Shown here: in pieces, positions 37,208 to 46,373 of the stretch
Layout of the letters: the number at the start of each line of letters is the position of its first letter
Position numbering within the stretch: position 1 is the first letter of the stretch
DNA from: Methanobacteriota archaeon
GTDB lineage: Archaea > Undinarchaeota > Undinarchaeia > Undinarchaeales > Undinarchaeaceae
DNA: 64,000 nucleotides
Assembly: GCA_002687935.1 (NCBI GenBank)
Contig: NZBN01000007.1
Location: 5,030 to 69,029, forward strand
Reading direction: 5' to 3'
Translations under genes and position numbers: made by a program
The notes under the pieces: generated by a model
What the model was told of the DNA's origin: nothing
What the model saw: only the letters and a program-made list of their open reading frames with translations
Databases searched by the model: none

Positions 37208-40200
37208 TTATCGCTTTCTGTGATAATCCTGTAAGGACATTGCCTCGTTGTGGACTCCATTATACTTTCTGAATTTTATTGCCTCAAGAGCGGCACCCGC
37301 CCCTGACATTGTCGTTATACAGGGAATTGCGTGTTTTATACAGGCTCTCCGTATTTTATAACCGGCCCTCTCCCGGCTTCCTGCGGTTGTCGGTGTATTT
37401 ATCACCAAATCAATTCCCTTCTCTTTAATCATAGTGACTATATCTGGTATCCCTTCTCCGGATTTCAAAACCTTCTGTACTTTAATTCCATTAATTCTCA
37501 ACATTTTAGCGGTTCTTCCCGCTCCTGCTATTTTGAATCCCATATTTTCAAATTCCTTCGCAATTTCCACAGTCTCTTCTTTGTCTTTATTCCGTACAGC
37601 GAAGAAAATTTTGCCTTTTTCCGGAAGCTTCAGACCTGCTCCTAATTGAGCTTTATAATAAGCGATTGGAAAGTTATCAGCAATTCCCATAGTTTCTCCT
37701 GTGCTTTTCATCTCGGGTCCAAGTGCCGTATCTGAGCCTGGTATTTTGTTGAAAGGAAAAACAACTGATTTCACAGACACATGTTGGGTTTTTCCTGGCT
37801 CAGTACACCCAAGTTCTTTCAGACTTTTTCCAAGCATAACTCTTGCAGCAATTTTCGCAAGTTGAATTCCAGATGCTTTGCTTATGAAGGGGACAGTTCT
37901 ACTACTTCTTGGATTTACTTCCAGAACATAGACAATAGAATCTCTGACTGCATACTGTATATTCAAAAGACCCTTTATGTTGAGTTCCCTAGCAAGTTCC
38001 TCTGTATATTTCTTAATAGTCTTGATTTCTGCATCTGTCAAAGTTTGCGTCGGCGTTACACAACTTGAGTCCCCTGAATGAATTCCTGCCTGTTCTATAT
38101 GTTCCATTATACCACCTATCAATGTGTCAGTTCCGTCTGAAACCGCGTCTACATCTATTTCTGTTGCACTCCCTAAAAATTCGTCTATCAATACTGGGTG
38201 TTCCTTTGAAACCTTTACAGCCTCGTTAATATATCGTTCAAGATCTAAATCATTAAACACAATTTCCATTGCCCTTCCTCCTATCACATAACTTGGGCGT
38301 ATTAGAACCGGATATACAATTTTTTCTATTACTTCTCGTGCTTCCTCAAGGCTGTGAGCAATACCATTCTCTGCTTGCGGTATTCCCAATTTTTCTATAA
38401 TCTTTGAGAACTTATCCCTGTCCTCAGCTCGGTCCATGTCCTTCGGAGAAGTTCCCAATATATTCACACCCGCCTTTTCCAATAAAAGAGAAAGATTAAC
38501 AGAAGTCTGTCCTCCAAATTGTGTCATCACTCCGTAGGGCTTTTCATTATTAATTATTCTCATCACACTGCTAAATGTCAGTGGCTCGAAATAAAGACGG
38601 TCTGAAGTATCATAGTCTGTTGATACCGTCTCTGGATTATTGTTAATTATTATTGATTCAAAACCTTCTTTTTGTATCGCCCCAAGTGCATGAACAGTGG
38701 AGTAATCAAATTCAATTCCCTGCCCAATTCGTATAGGACCTGAACCAAGTATCATAATCTTCTTTTTATCTTCAGCTACTGCTTCATTCTCTCCTTCTGC
38801 AGAATAAAAGTAAGGTGTCTTTGCTTCAAACTCAGCTGCGCAAGTATCAACCATCTTGAAGCCCTCTATTTCTTCCCTTTCTAAAAACACTCTTTTAACT
38901 CCATTGAGGAACCAAGGGTCTATCTTGGTCAATTTGTGTATTTCTTCCACTGATACTCCTTTTTTCAGAGCGGATGCTATATAGAAAAGTCTTTTGTGCG
39001 TCGGTATTTCAAGCAGATAAAGATTTTCAAAATCCTCAAGACCTTCTTTCAAACTTTCTTTGTCAATATCAAGACTTGCTACAGCCTTTTCCAGACTCTC
39101 TTCAAAGGTTCTGCCTATTGCCATAACTTCACCAGTTGCCCGCATTTCAGTTCCCAATGTTCTGTCAGCAAGATGGAACTTCTCAAAAGGCCACCTTGGT
39201 ATCTTGGTTACAATATAATCAAGAGCAGGCTCAAAACTTGCCTTAGTCTCCTCAGTGATGGGATTGTCTATCTCATCAAGAGTCATTCCTATTGATATTT
39301 TCGCCGCAATAAGTGCTATTGGATACCCCGTCGCCTTTGATGCCAGAGCAGAGCTTCTGGAAACCCTCGGATTTACCTCTATCACAATATATCTGTTACT
39401 TTCTGGGTCAAGTGCAAACTGAATATTACAACCTCCCTCCACATTCAGAGCTCTGATTATTTTCAGAGATGCAGTCCTCAGCATCTGATATTCTTTATCG
39501 GTCAGAGTCTGTGATGGGGCGACAACTATACTGTCTCCAGTATGAATTCCCACTGGATCAAAATTTTCCATATTGCAGACAGTTATACAATTGTCTGCCG
39601 AATCCCGCATTACTTCATATTCTATTTCCTTCCAACCAGTGACACACTCTTCAATCAGAATCTGCCCAATCCTACTGTTCGCTATTCCTCCTGAGGATAT
39701 ACTTTCAAGTTCCCGCATATTTTCAGCTATCCCTCCACCTGTTCCTCCAAGCGTATATGCAGGTCTAACTATTACAGGAAATCCAACTTCTTCTGCTATC
39801 CGTTTTGATTCATCGACACTGGTTGCTATTCCTGATTTTGGTATAGGCTCGCCTATTTTAATCATCATATCTTTGAAAAGTTCCCTGTCTTCACAGTCCT
39901 TTATTGCCTTCAGCGGAGTTCCAAGTATCTCTACATTATTTTTTTCAAGAATTCCGGAATCTGCCAGCTCTGCAGTAAGATTAAGACCTGTTTGTCCCCC
40001 AAAACTGGACAGAACTCCGTCCGGCTTTTCCTTTTCAATTATTCTTTCAAGAGATTCAAGTGTCAGTGGCTCAATATATACAGAGTCCGCCATATCACTG
40101 TCAGTTTGTATAGTCGCAGGATTAGAATTCACTACTACAGTTTTCAGACCTTCTTCGCGCATTGACTTCAGAGCCTGCGACCCTGAATAATCAAATTCTG

Positions 40201-40270
40201 CAGCCTGTCCGATAATAACTGGACCTGCTCCTATCACCAGAACTTTTTTGATATCATTTCTTTTTGGCAT
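37208..40270 (-). CDS. carB: Carbamoyl-phosphate synthase large subunit.
   Basis: Two ATP-grasp halves and a C-terminal MGS-like domain. ~1020 aa. Confidence 0.9.
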   Translation of the reverse strand: MPKRNDIKKVLVIGAGPVIIGQAAEFDYSGSQALKSMREEGLKTVVVNSNPATIQTDSDMADSVYIEPLTLESLERIIEKEKPDGVLSSFGGQTGLNLTAELADSGILEKNNVEILGTPLKAIKDCEDRELFKDMMIKIGEPIPKSGIATSVDESKRIAEEVGFPVIVRPAYTLGGTGGGIAENMRELESISSGGIANSRIGQILIEECVTGWKEIEYEVMRDSADNCITVCNMENFDPVGIHTGDSIVVAPSQTLTDKEYQMLRTASLKIIRALNVEGGCNIQFALDPESNRYIVIEVNPRVSRSSALASKATGYPIALIAAKISIGMTLDEIDNPITEETKASFEPALDYIVTKIPRWPFEKFHLADRTLGTEMRATGEVMAIGRTFEESLEKAVASLDIDKESLKEGLEDFENLYLLEIPTHKRLFYIASALKKGVSVEEIHKLTKIDPWFLNGVKRVFLEREEIEGFKMVDTCAAEFEAKTPYFYSAEGENEAVAEDKKKIMILGSGPIRIGQGIEFDYSTVHALGAIQKEGFESIIINNNPETVSTDYDTSDRLYFEPLTFSSVMRIINNEKPYGVMTQFGGQTSVNLSLLLEKAGVNILGTSPKDMDRAEDRDKFSKIIEKLGIPQAENGIAHSLEEAREVIEKIVYPVLIRPSYVIGGRAMEIVFNDLDLERYINEAVKVSKEHPVLIDEFLGSATEIDVDAVSDGTDTLIGGIMEHIEQAGIHSGDSSCVTPTQTLTDAEIKTIKKYTEELARELNIKGLLNIQYAVRDSIVYVLEVNPRSSRTVPFISKASGIQLAKIAARVMLGKSLKELGCTEPGKTQHVSVKSVVFPFNKIPGSDTALGPEMKSTGETMGIADNFPIAYYKAQLGAGLKLPEKGKIFFAVRNKDKEETVEIAKEFENMGFKIAGAGRTAKMLRINGIKVQKVLKSGEGIPDIVTMIKEKGIDLVINTPTTAGSRERAGYKIRRACIKHAIPCITTMSGAGAALEAIKFRKYNGVHNEAMSLQDYHRKR

Positions 40271-41360
40271 TCATTAACTCCACAAATTTGTCAAATAAAT
40301 ATTCATTATCTTGTGGTCCTGGACATCCTTCTGGATGGTATTGAACTGAAAATATCGGAAGTTCTTTGTGGCGCATTCCTTCAACAGAGCTGTCATTAAG
40401 ATTTATATGACTTACTTCAAATCCACTACCCTCTATGCTTTTTGCATCCAGGGAGTATCCATGGTTTTGTGTTGTTATGTAAATTTTTCCACTTTCCAAA
40501 TCCTTAACTCCGTGATTTACTCCACGGTGTCCGAATTTAAGCTTGTAAGTCTTTGCCCCAGCAGCCAGCCCTATAATCTGATGACCGAGGCAAATCCCAA
40601 AAAGTGGGACTTCACCAAAGAGGTTCTTTACAGTATCAATTAAATAGGGAACCATTTCCGGGTCTCCTGGTCCACTTGAAACTATTACTCCGTCTGCTCC
40701 TTTCAGAATTTCTTCAGCACTTGTCGTCGGTGGAACAACACGGACGCTGACCCCTCGCTTGAGAAGACATCTGACCATATTTTGCTTTGCTCCACAATCT
40801 ACAAGTGTGACATTAAAATTTCCATCAACTTTGTATATTTCATCTTTCTTCCTTGAAACTTCTGGCAAAAGGTCTTCACTGTCAGGATAAGGTGTTTTTC
40901 TGAGTTCTTCTGCCACTTTTTCAGTATCGACCCCTTCCTTGCAAATTTTCCCCCGCATCGTTCCGTGCTCTCTCAACTTTCTGGTCAGAGCTCTGGTGTC
41001 TATTCCACTCACTCCGGGGATTTTATATTCTTTAAGAAACTCTCCAAGAGTTTTTTTTGACCTATGGTTTGAGGGCAGTTCACAGGAACTTGAAACAAGA
41101 AGTCCTCGTACTTGTATTTCCTTGGATTCAAAATCTTCACTAGTTATCCCATAATTTCCTGCAAGCGGATAAGTCATAGTAAGTATTTGCCCTCTGTATG
41201 ATGGGTCAGTAAGAGCTTCCTGATATCCGGTCATTCCAGTGCTAAACACAACTTCTCCAAAAACTTCAGAATCTTCTCCGAAAAACTCCCCTCTAAAAAC
41301 AAGTCCGTCCTCAAGTACAAGTAGTGCCTTTTCTCCCACAGTTTCCACTCTACCTAGCAA
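40254..41360 (-). CDS. carA: Carbamoyl-phosphate synthase small (glutaminase) subunit.
   Basis: CPSase small-chain N-domain plus a GATase (GICLGHQ) domain. Confidence 0.9.
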   Translation of the reverse strand: MLGRVETVGEKALLVLEDGLVFRGEFFGEDSEVFGEVVFSTGMTGYQEALTDPSYRGQILTMTYPLAGNYGITSEDFESKEIQVRGLLVSSSCELPSNHRSKKTLGEFLKEYKIPGVSGIDTRALTRKLREHGTMRGKICKEGVDTEKVAEELRKTPYPDSEDLLPEVSRKKDEIYKVDGNFNVTLVDCGAKQNMVRCLLKRGVSVRVVPPTTSAEEILKGADGVIVSSGPGDPEMVPYLIDTVKNLFGEVPLFGICLGHQIIGLAAGAKTYKLKFGHRGVNHGVKDLESGKIYITTQNHGYSLDAKSIEGSGFEVSHINLNDSSVEGMRHKELPIFSVQYHPEGCPGPQDNEYLFDKFVELMNAKKK

Positions 41361-41459
41361 TTACTAAATCCGCTAATTCTTTGAAGATTAAATAATTATC
41401 TACCTAACATTAAAACTATTTTAGAAAGCTTTATAGCATTTGCAATACGGTAATTAAAG

Positions 41460-42683
41460 ATGAAAGGAGTAATTCTGGCCGCAGGTGTTGGAACACGTCT
41501 TGCCCCAATAACTAACACAAGGTCAAAGCCAGCAGTTCCTGTGGCTAACAAGCCTCTTATAGAGCACATAATCGGCTCACTCAAGGGAGCAGGAATCGTG
41601 GACATAGTAATAATTGTTAATACTTCAGGGGAGCTCGAAAAGCTCCTAGGAGACGGTTCTCGCCTTGGAGTTAAATTACAGTATGCAGTTCAGGAAGAAC
41701 AACTTGGAACGGCTCATGCAATTTCACTCGTCAAAGAGATGGTTACTGAGCCTTTCATACTTGTTAACGGAGATAATCTTGTCCCTCTCTCAGTTGTTAA
41801 TGAACTCGTGGAAAAATTCAACGGAACTGCAACCATAACTCTTCTTAAAGCTGATGACCTTTCAGCTCTCAGTACCTGCGAGCTCGATGGAAATAAGGTT
41901 CTAAAAATTGTAGAGAAGCCAAAACCCGGAGAGGAGCTAAGTCCATACGCATCTATAGGAACCTACGCATTTTCTCCAGAACTCTTTGATTATATAGACA
42001 AAGTTGAAAAATCTCCCCGTGGTGAATATGAGCTTCCAAGCGCGATGGATTTAATGCTTCAGGCTGGCAAGGAAATGACTTGGGTTGAAACAGGCCAGTT
42101 CCAGCACCTTAGCTATCCTTGGGATATGCTCAGCGAAACAGTAGTCTTTCTGGATGAGATGGAAGAGTCAAGAGAAGGAACAGTTGAGGATGGCGCAGTT
42201 CTGAAGGGGAAGGTCTCTATTGGAAAAGGAACAGTAATAAAGTCCGGAGCATACATTGAGGGTCCAGTTCTAATTGGGGAGGATTGTACAATAGGTCCGA
42301 ATTGCTTCATCAGAGCCTACACAACACTTGGAAACAAGTGCAGAGTAGGAAATGCTGTTGAGATAAAAAACTCAGTAATTTTTGATGGTACAAATATTCC
42401 ACATCTTTCTTATATTGGGGATTCAGTAATCGGCGAAAATGTAAACTTCGGTGCAGGCACAGTTCTTGCAAATTTCCGTCTTGACAAACAAAACATAAAG
42501 ATGGAGGTCAAAGGAAAGCTTGTCGATACTGAAAGGAAAAAACTCGGAGCAATAGTCGGAGATAACACAAAATTCGGTTCAAATGTTGTTGTCAATCCTG
42601 GAAGAAAGATAGGAGCAAATTGCAATATCTGGCCCGGAACTGTGGTGATAAAGGACTTAGATGACGGAGAAGAGCATAAGTGA
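41460..42683 (+). CDS. Bifunctional sugar-1-phosphate nucleotidylyltransferase / LbH acetyltransferase (archaeal GlmU-like).
   Basis: N-terminal GxGTRL nucleotidyltransferase motif and a C-terminal hexapeptide-repeat domain. Confidence 0.75.
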   Translation: MKGVILAAGVGTRLAPITNTRSKPAVPVANKPLIEHIIGSLKGAGIVDIVIIVNTSGELEKLLGDGSRLGVKLQYAVQEEQLGTAHAISLVKEMVTEPFILVNGDNLVPLSVVNELVEKFNGTATITLLKADDLSALSTCELDGNKVLKIVEKPKPGEELSPYASIGTYAFSPELFDYIDKVEKSPRGEYELPSAMDLMLQAGKEMTWVETGQFQHLSYPWDMLSETVVFLDEMEESREGTVEDGAVLKGKVSIGKGTVIKSGAYIEGPVLIGEDCTIGPNCFIRAYTTLGNKCRVGNAVEIKNSVIFDGTNIPHLSYIGDSVIGENVNFGAGTVLANFRLDKQNIKMEVKGKLVDTERKKLGAIVGDNTKFGSNVVVNPGRKIGANCNIWPGTVVIKDLDDGEEHK

Positions 42684-42684
42684 A

Positions 42685-43260
42685 ATGACTGGAAAATTCA
42701 TAGTTTTCGAAGGAATTGATGGAAGTGGAAAATCCACACATGCAAAAATTCTTTCAGAGTGGCTAAATTCCAATGGAATCAAAACTCTGCACACAAAAGA
42801 ACCAAGCCAAGGCAAAATAGGAATACTTCTTAGGGACTATCTTAAAGTCAAGACATCAAGTGGACGAGTTGATGCACTTCTTTTTACAGCAGACAGAGCT
42901 GAACATCTTGAACAGGATATACTTCCGGCTATGAAAAGGGGAGAAGTCGTAGTATGTGAACGCTACAAATACTCAACAATAGCCTATCAAACAACCCAAG
43001 GAGAAGATACGGACTGGCTTATCGGTCTTAATGAGTTTGCAAGGGAGCCCGATCTTGTAATTCTTATGGATTTAGAACCGTCTGTCGCATTAAAACGTTC
43101 TGAAGAAGGAGAGAAATTCGAGGCTCTTGGATTCCTCACAAAAACCAGAAAAAATTATATGAAATTTTCAGACCACTTTACAATAGTTGACGCCAGCAAA
43201 AGCAAGGATGAAGTACAGGAAGAGCTTCGTAGAATTGTCGGAGACTTCCTCAATTTATAA
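42685..43260 (+). CDS. tmk: Thymidylate kinase.
   Basis: P-loop FEGIDGSGKST and a DRY-like motif. Start chosen at ATG 42685, 2 nt after the upstream stop. Confidence 0.8.
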   Translation: MTGKFIVFEGIDGSGKSTHAKILSEWLNSNGIKTLHTKEPSQGKIGILLRDYLKVKTSSGRVDALLFTADRAEHLEQDILPAMKRGEVVVCERYKYSTIAYQTTQGEDTDWLIGLNEFAREPDLVILMDLEPSVALKRSEEGEKFEALGFLTKTRKNYMKFSDHFTIVDASKSKDEVQEELRRIVGDFLNL

Positions 43261-43272
43261 TAAAAAATTCAA

Positions 43273-43346
43273 TGGGGTCGAGGAGATTTGAACTCCTGAT
43301 CTCCTGCTCCCAAAGCAGGCATCATACCAAGCTAGACCACGACCCC
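43273..43346 (-). tRNA. tRNA-Pro(UGG).
   Basis: Acceptor GGGGUCG/CGACCCC, anticodon stem CCUGC/GCAGG with loop UUUGGGA. Confidence 0.8.
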
Positions 43347-43411
43347 GTGTCTTAAACAAATAGACCTAGCTTAAGTTATATTTTAAACCTTTCATATAAA
43401 AAATTAAGAGA

Positions 43412-43434
43412 GGCAGCGCAAAAAACACGCCGCC
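43412..43434 (-). terminator. Hairpin (GGCAGCG-loop-CGCCGCC) followed on the minus strand by a T-tract.
   Basis: Lies 10 nt downstream of the stop of the 43445-43672 gene, with a T-rich run after the stem. Confidence 0.3.
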
Positions 43435-43444
43435 TCATGACAAA

Positions 43445-43672
43445 TCAGAGCCCTATCATTGTTGTTGTCACCATTATGTTTGGAATATTTCGGATTCTCC
43501 GCACCAAAAATTCATTCAGGCTATCAAGGCTACACGATTCTGCCTTTATGAAGACATCATAGTCCCCATAGACATTATGTACTTCCTTGATTTCCCCTAT
43601 CTCTCTCAGGTCGTTTAAGACTTCTCTTTCCTTTCCTGTTTTTGTTGTTGCCAGGATAAACGCTGTTACCAT
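43445..43672 (-). CDS. Stand-alone RAM (Lrp/AsnC ligand-binding) domain protein.
   Basis: 75 aa matching only the C-terminal RAM fold of Lrp. No HTH. Confidence 0.6.
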   Translation of the reverse strand: MVTAFILATTKTGKEREVLNDLREIGEIKEVHNVYGDYDVFIKAESCSLDSLNEFLVRRIRNIPNIMVTTTMIGL

Positions 43673-43721
43673 TGGGCATCACCACCAATGTTGGTTAGGC
43701 TGTGTACCTATATATCCCTTG

Positions 43722-43736
43722 CCACAATTTTTGTGG
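43722..43736. promoter_or_regulatory. Perfect palindrome CCACAATTTTTGTGG in the divergent promoter region between the RAM gene and lrp2.
   Basis: Seen directly. A TATA-like CTATATAT at 43708-43715 is adjacent. Confidence 0.35.
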
Positions 43737-43815
43737 ACAAATTGCTAAAAAACGATGAAAAATTAATCAAAAAGCTTATTAATACTCCCTTCATATGGTC
43801 ATTTGTGCAGCTACT

Positions 43816-44289
43816 ATGACTAAGCTTGACGATAAAGATAAAAAAATACTACATGAACTTCAGGAGAACTGCAGGCAGTCCTCTCGTGACCTTTCTAAGA
43901 AATTAGACTTACCTGCTTCTACTATCCATCAGAGAATCAAGAAGCTTGAGAAGGCAGGAATCATTTCCGGTTATACAGCAATTGTAGATCCTGAAAAAGT
44001 CGGCTATAATTCTTCTGCAATAATATTCATAGAATTCAGTTATCATGATGCAAAGAAAAATAACATGTCCCAGGAAACCATTGTGGAAAAAATTTCAAAA
44101 CTTCCTAATGTTCAAGAGGCTCATATGGTCACAGGTTTCGAGGATATTGTAATCAAAGTTGTTGGTAAAACTGACAGGGATATAGGAGCTTTTGTAATAA
44201 AGACACTTAGAGAAATTCCTGGAATACTCAAAACGAAAACCGGAATAATACTTGCAAGCAGTAAGGATTCCAGAAGGATTTCCCTCTAA
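43816..44289 (+). CDS. Lrp/AsnC family transcriptional regulator (paralog of the operon-leading lrp).
   Basis: MTKLDDKDKKILHELQENCRQSSRDLSKKLDL HTH region and a RAM domain. Start taken at MTKLD. Confidence 0.75.
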   Translation: MTKLDDKDKKILHELQENCRQSSRDLSKKLDLPASTIHQRIKKLEKAGIISGYTAIVDPEKVGYNSSAIIFIEFSYHDAKKNNMSQETIVEKISKLPNVQEAHMVTGFEDIVIKVVGKTDRDIGAFVIKTLREIPGILKTKTGIILASSKDSRRISL

Positions 44290-44297
44290 ATTAATTT

Positions 44298-44468
44298 TTA
44301 CAGAAGTGCTCTTCCATAAAGGTGTAGAATAAGTTCCAGAATTACAATTAGCCCTGACGCCACTATTACGTGCTCAGGCTTAAACTTAAGACCAGTTCCT
44401 TCTTCATCGGAAACACGGAAGATTCCGCCTCCGCTTCCTGGCATGTTTACCTTTGTCTTCTTTGCCAT
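44298..44468 (-). CDS. secG: Preprotein translocase subunit Sec61beta (archaeal SecG). 56 aa, so absent from the ORF track.
   Basis: Manual translation gives MAKKTKVNMPGSGGGIFRVSDEEGTGLKFKPEHVIVASGLIVILELILHLYGRALL, with the conserved PEHV...YGR pattern and a single C-terminal TM. Confidence 0.65.
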   Translation of the reverse strand: MAKKTKVNMPGSGGGIFRVSDEEGTGLKFKPEHVIVASGLIVILELILHLYGRALL

Positions 44469-44550
44469 GCGATATCAGTGGTCTGCATTCTTTTTAAAGC
44501 TTTTTAGGAAAGGCTTATATGTTTCCAGAGCTTTCTCATCCTACAAAACA

Positions 44551-45822
44551 ATGGACGCGTCAATAAACCCTTTTGAAAACGCATTAAAACAGCTGGAGAA
44601 TGCACAAAAGACAGAGCCGATTGATGAGGACATCTATCAACTTCTTAGACATCCTCAACGAATCATAGAGCTTTCCATCCCTGTAAAGATGGACTCAGGA
44701 GAATTAAAATTTTTCACAGGCTACAGAGTTCAATATAATGATGCCCCTGGTCCAACAAAAGGTGGTATAAGATATCACCCTCATGTTACTCTCGACGAAG
44801 TAATGGCCCTCGCTGCCTGGATGACCTGGAAATGCTCAGTTGCAGGTCTTCCTTATGGTGGTGCGAAAGGCGGAGTTATTTGCAATCCAAAAGAAATGTC
44901 TGAAGGAGAAATTGAAAGACTCAGCCGGGGTTACGCAAGGGCTCTAGCAAATTGCATAGGTCCTGAAGTTGACATACCTGCTCCTGATGTTTACACAAAT
45001 CCTCAGATAATGGCCTGGATGTCTGATGAATATAACAAAGCTGTTGGAAAGGAACTTCCTGCCACATTCACAGGAAAGCCTATTGAAAACGGTGGTTCAG
45101 AAGGCAGAGGAATCTCAACTGGTGTCGGCGGAACATTCATTGTCAGGGAAGTTGCAAAAAAACTTGGTCTCAAAGCTGAAGAAACAAGCGTTGCTGTTCA
45201 GGGCTATGGAAATGCCGGTTCTATAGTGGCTCAAAAACTTGATGAAATGGGCTACAAAATCGTAGCTGTCAGCGATTCTAAAGGGGGAATATATTCTGAG
45301 CATGGCTTTGACCCACATAAAATTCTGTCCTGCAAAAGCGAGGTCGGTACAGTCGGAGAATGCGGTCATATAGGGGTTCTTGCAGAAGGAGGAGATTTCC
45401 AGAAAATAACTAATGAGGAGCTTCTTGAGCTTGATGTCGACATACTTATTCCTGCCGCACTTGAAAATCAAATAACTGTTGAAAATGCAGACAAGATTAA
45501 AGCAAAGGCAGTTGTTGAACTTGCAAATGGTCCGACAACACCTGCTGCTGATGAGATTTTGTTTGAGAAGGGAATAATTGTAGTTCCTGATATACTTGCG
45601 AATGCAGGCGGAGTTTCCGTAAGCTACTATGAGTGGTATCAGAATATGAATGATGCGCACTGGACTGAGGAAGAAGTATTTGAGAAGCTTGACACCTTAT
45701 TGACTAAGGCATTCGCTGATGTTTCAGAAAAATCAGATAATAATAAAACAGATATGCGAACTGCAGCTTTCATACTCGCAGTTCACAAGGTAGCAGAAAA
45801 AGTAAAAGAAAGAGGCTACTAG
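44551..45822 (+). CDS. gdhA: Glutamate dehydrogenase.
   Basis: KGGIRYHPHV ... GLPYGGAKGG signature. Start at ATG 44551 (MDASINPF). Confidence 0.85.
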   Translation: MDASINPFENALKQLENAQKTEPIDEDIYQLLRHPQRIIELSIPVKMDSGELKFFTGYRVQYNDAPGPTKGGIRYHPHVTLDEVMALAAWMTWKCSVAGLPYGGAKGGVICNPKEMSEGEIERLSRGYARALANCIGPEVDIPAPDVYTNPQIMAWMSDEYNKAVGKELPATFTGKPIENGGSEGRGISTGVGGTFIVREVAKKLGLKAEETSVAVQGYGNAGSIVAQKLDEMGYKIVAVSDSKGGIYSEHGFDPHKILSCKSEVGTVGECGHIGVLAEGGDFQKITNEELLELDVDILIPAALENQITVENADKIKAKAVVELANGPTTPAADEILFEKGIIVVPDILANAGGVSVSYYEWYQNMNDAHWTEEEVFEKLDTLLTKAFADVSEKSDNNKTDMRTAAFILAVHKVAEKVKERGY

Positions 45823-45850
45823 AGCCCCCTCTTTTATTTCAAATTAATTA

Positions 45851-46003
45851 CTAATTTGGTAGGAATCTGCAGACTGTTGTTCCGCATCCGCTTCCACACT
45901 TACCCTTTGCCATTTTTCTGTTGTTTTTTGTGGTTGTAACGTTTGCGTCTGTAATGTCTACTTCCTTTTGGCACTTCATGCACCTTCCTTTGTAGTCAGC
46001 CAT
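45851..46003 (-). CDS. Candidate ~50-aa duplicated zinc-ribbon protein (CxxC...CxxCGT).
   Basis: GGAGG-N5-ATG Shine-Dalgarno context at 46003. The exact frame depends on one nucleotide near 45960 that could not be re-verified by eye. Confidence 0.3.
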   Translation of the reverse strand: MADYKGRCMKCQKEVDITDANVTTTKNNRKMAKGKCGSGCGTTVCRFLPN

Positions 46004-46279
46004 TTTACCCTCCTTTTAAGCGATATGCTTAAAATTCCATACATTCCTCCGTTTAATAGTGTTTCTATTCGTGAAAATCCTTAAATAGTGGGTTTTTCAT
46101 AGCTATGTTGATTAAAATGATTAGAAGTGAGTGTCTTCATAGTTGAGGAAAACAAAGCTTTTAGTCAGGATTCTAAAAAAATTTCATTTAGAGCTTCAGC
46201 TGTTTTCACAGTCAATAAAACTGGTCCGGATCAAACACGCAAGCGTGTAGGTCCGGTCCAATCTATAATCAATAAAAAT

Positions 46280-46352
46280 GGCCCGGATGGGGTAATGGTT
46301 ATCCTTCCAGCTTGTGGAGCTAGAGATCCGAGTTCAATTCTCGGTCCGGGCC
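46280..46352 (+). tRNA. tRNA-His(GUG) with genome-encoded G-1 pairing the C73 discriminator.
   Basis: 8-bp acceptor stem (G-1:C73), U8, A14, anticodon loop UUGUGGA, T-arm CCGAG-UUCAAUU-CUCGG. One C-A mismatch in the anticodon stem. Confidence 0.65.
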
Positions 46353-46373
46353 CTCAGTCTCAAGGTGATTGCT

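Noticed and set aside
43347-43444. Possible additional tRNA or sRNA flanking tRNA-Pro.
   Set aside because: The only structured element found is the terminator-like hairpin plus T-tract of the upstream RAM-domain gene. No cloverleaf could be folded.
45851-46003. Possibility that the small zinc-ribbon ORF is a LysW/ArgW amino-group carrier protein, given the nearby M20 (LysK-like) gene.
   Set aside because: It has no acidic C-terminal tail or EDWGE-type terminus, no ATP-grasp LysX partner was seen, and it is 13 kb from the M20 gene.
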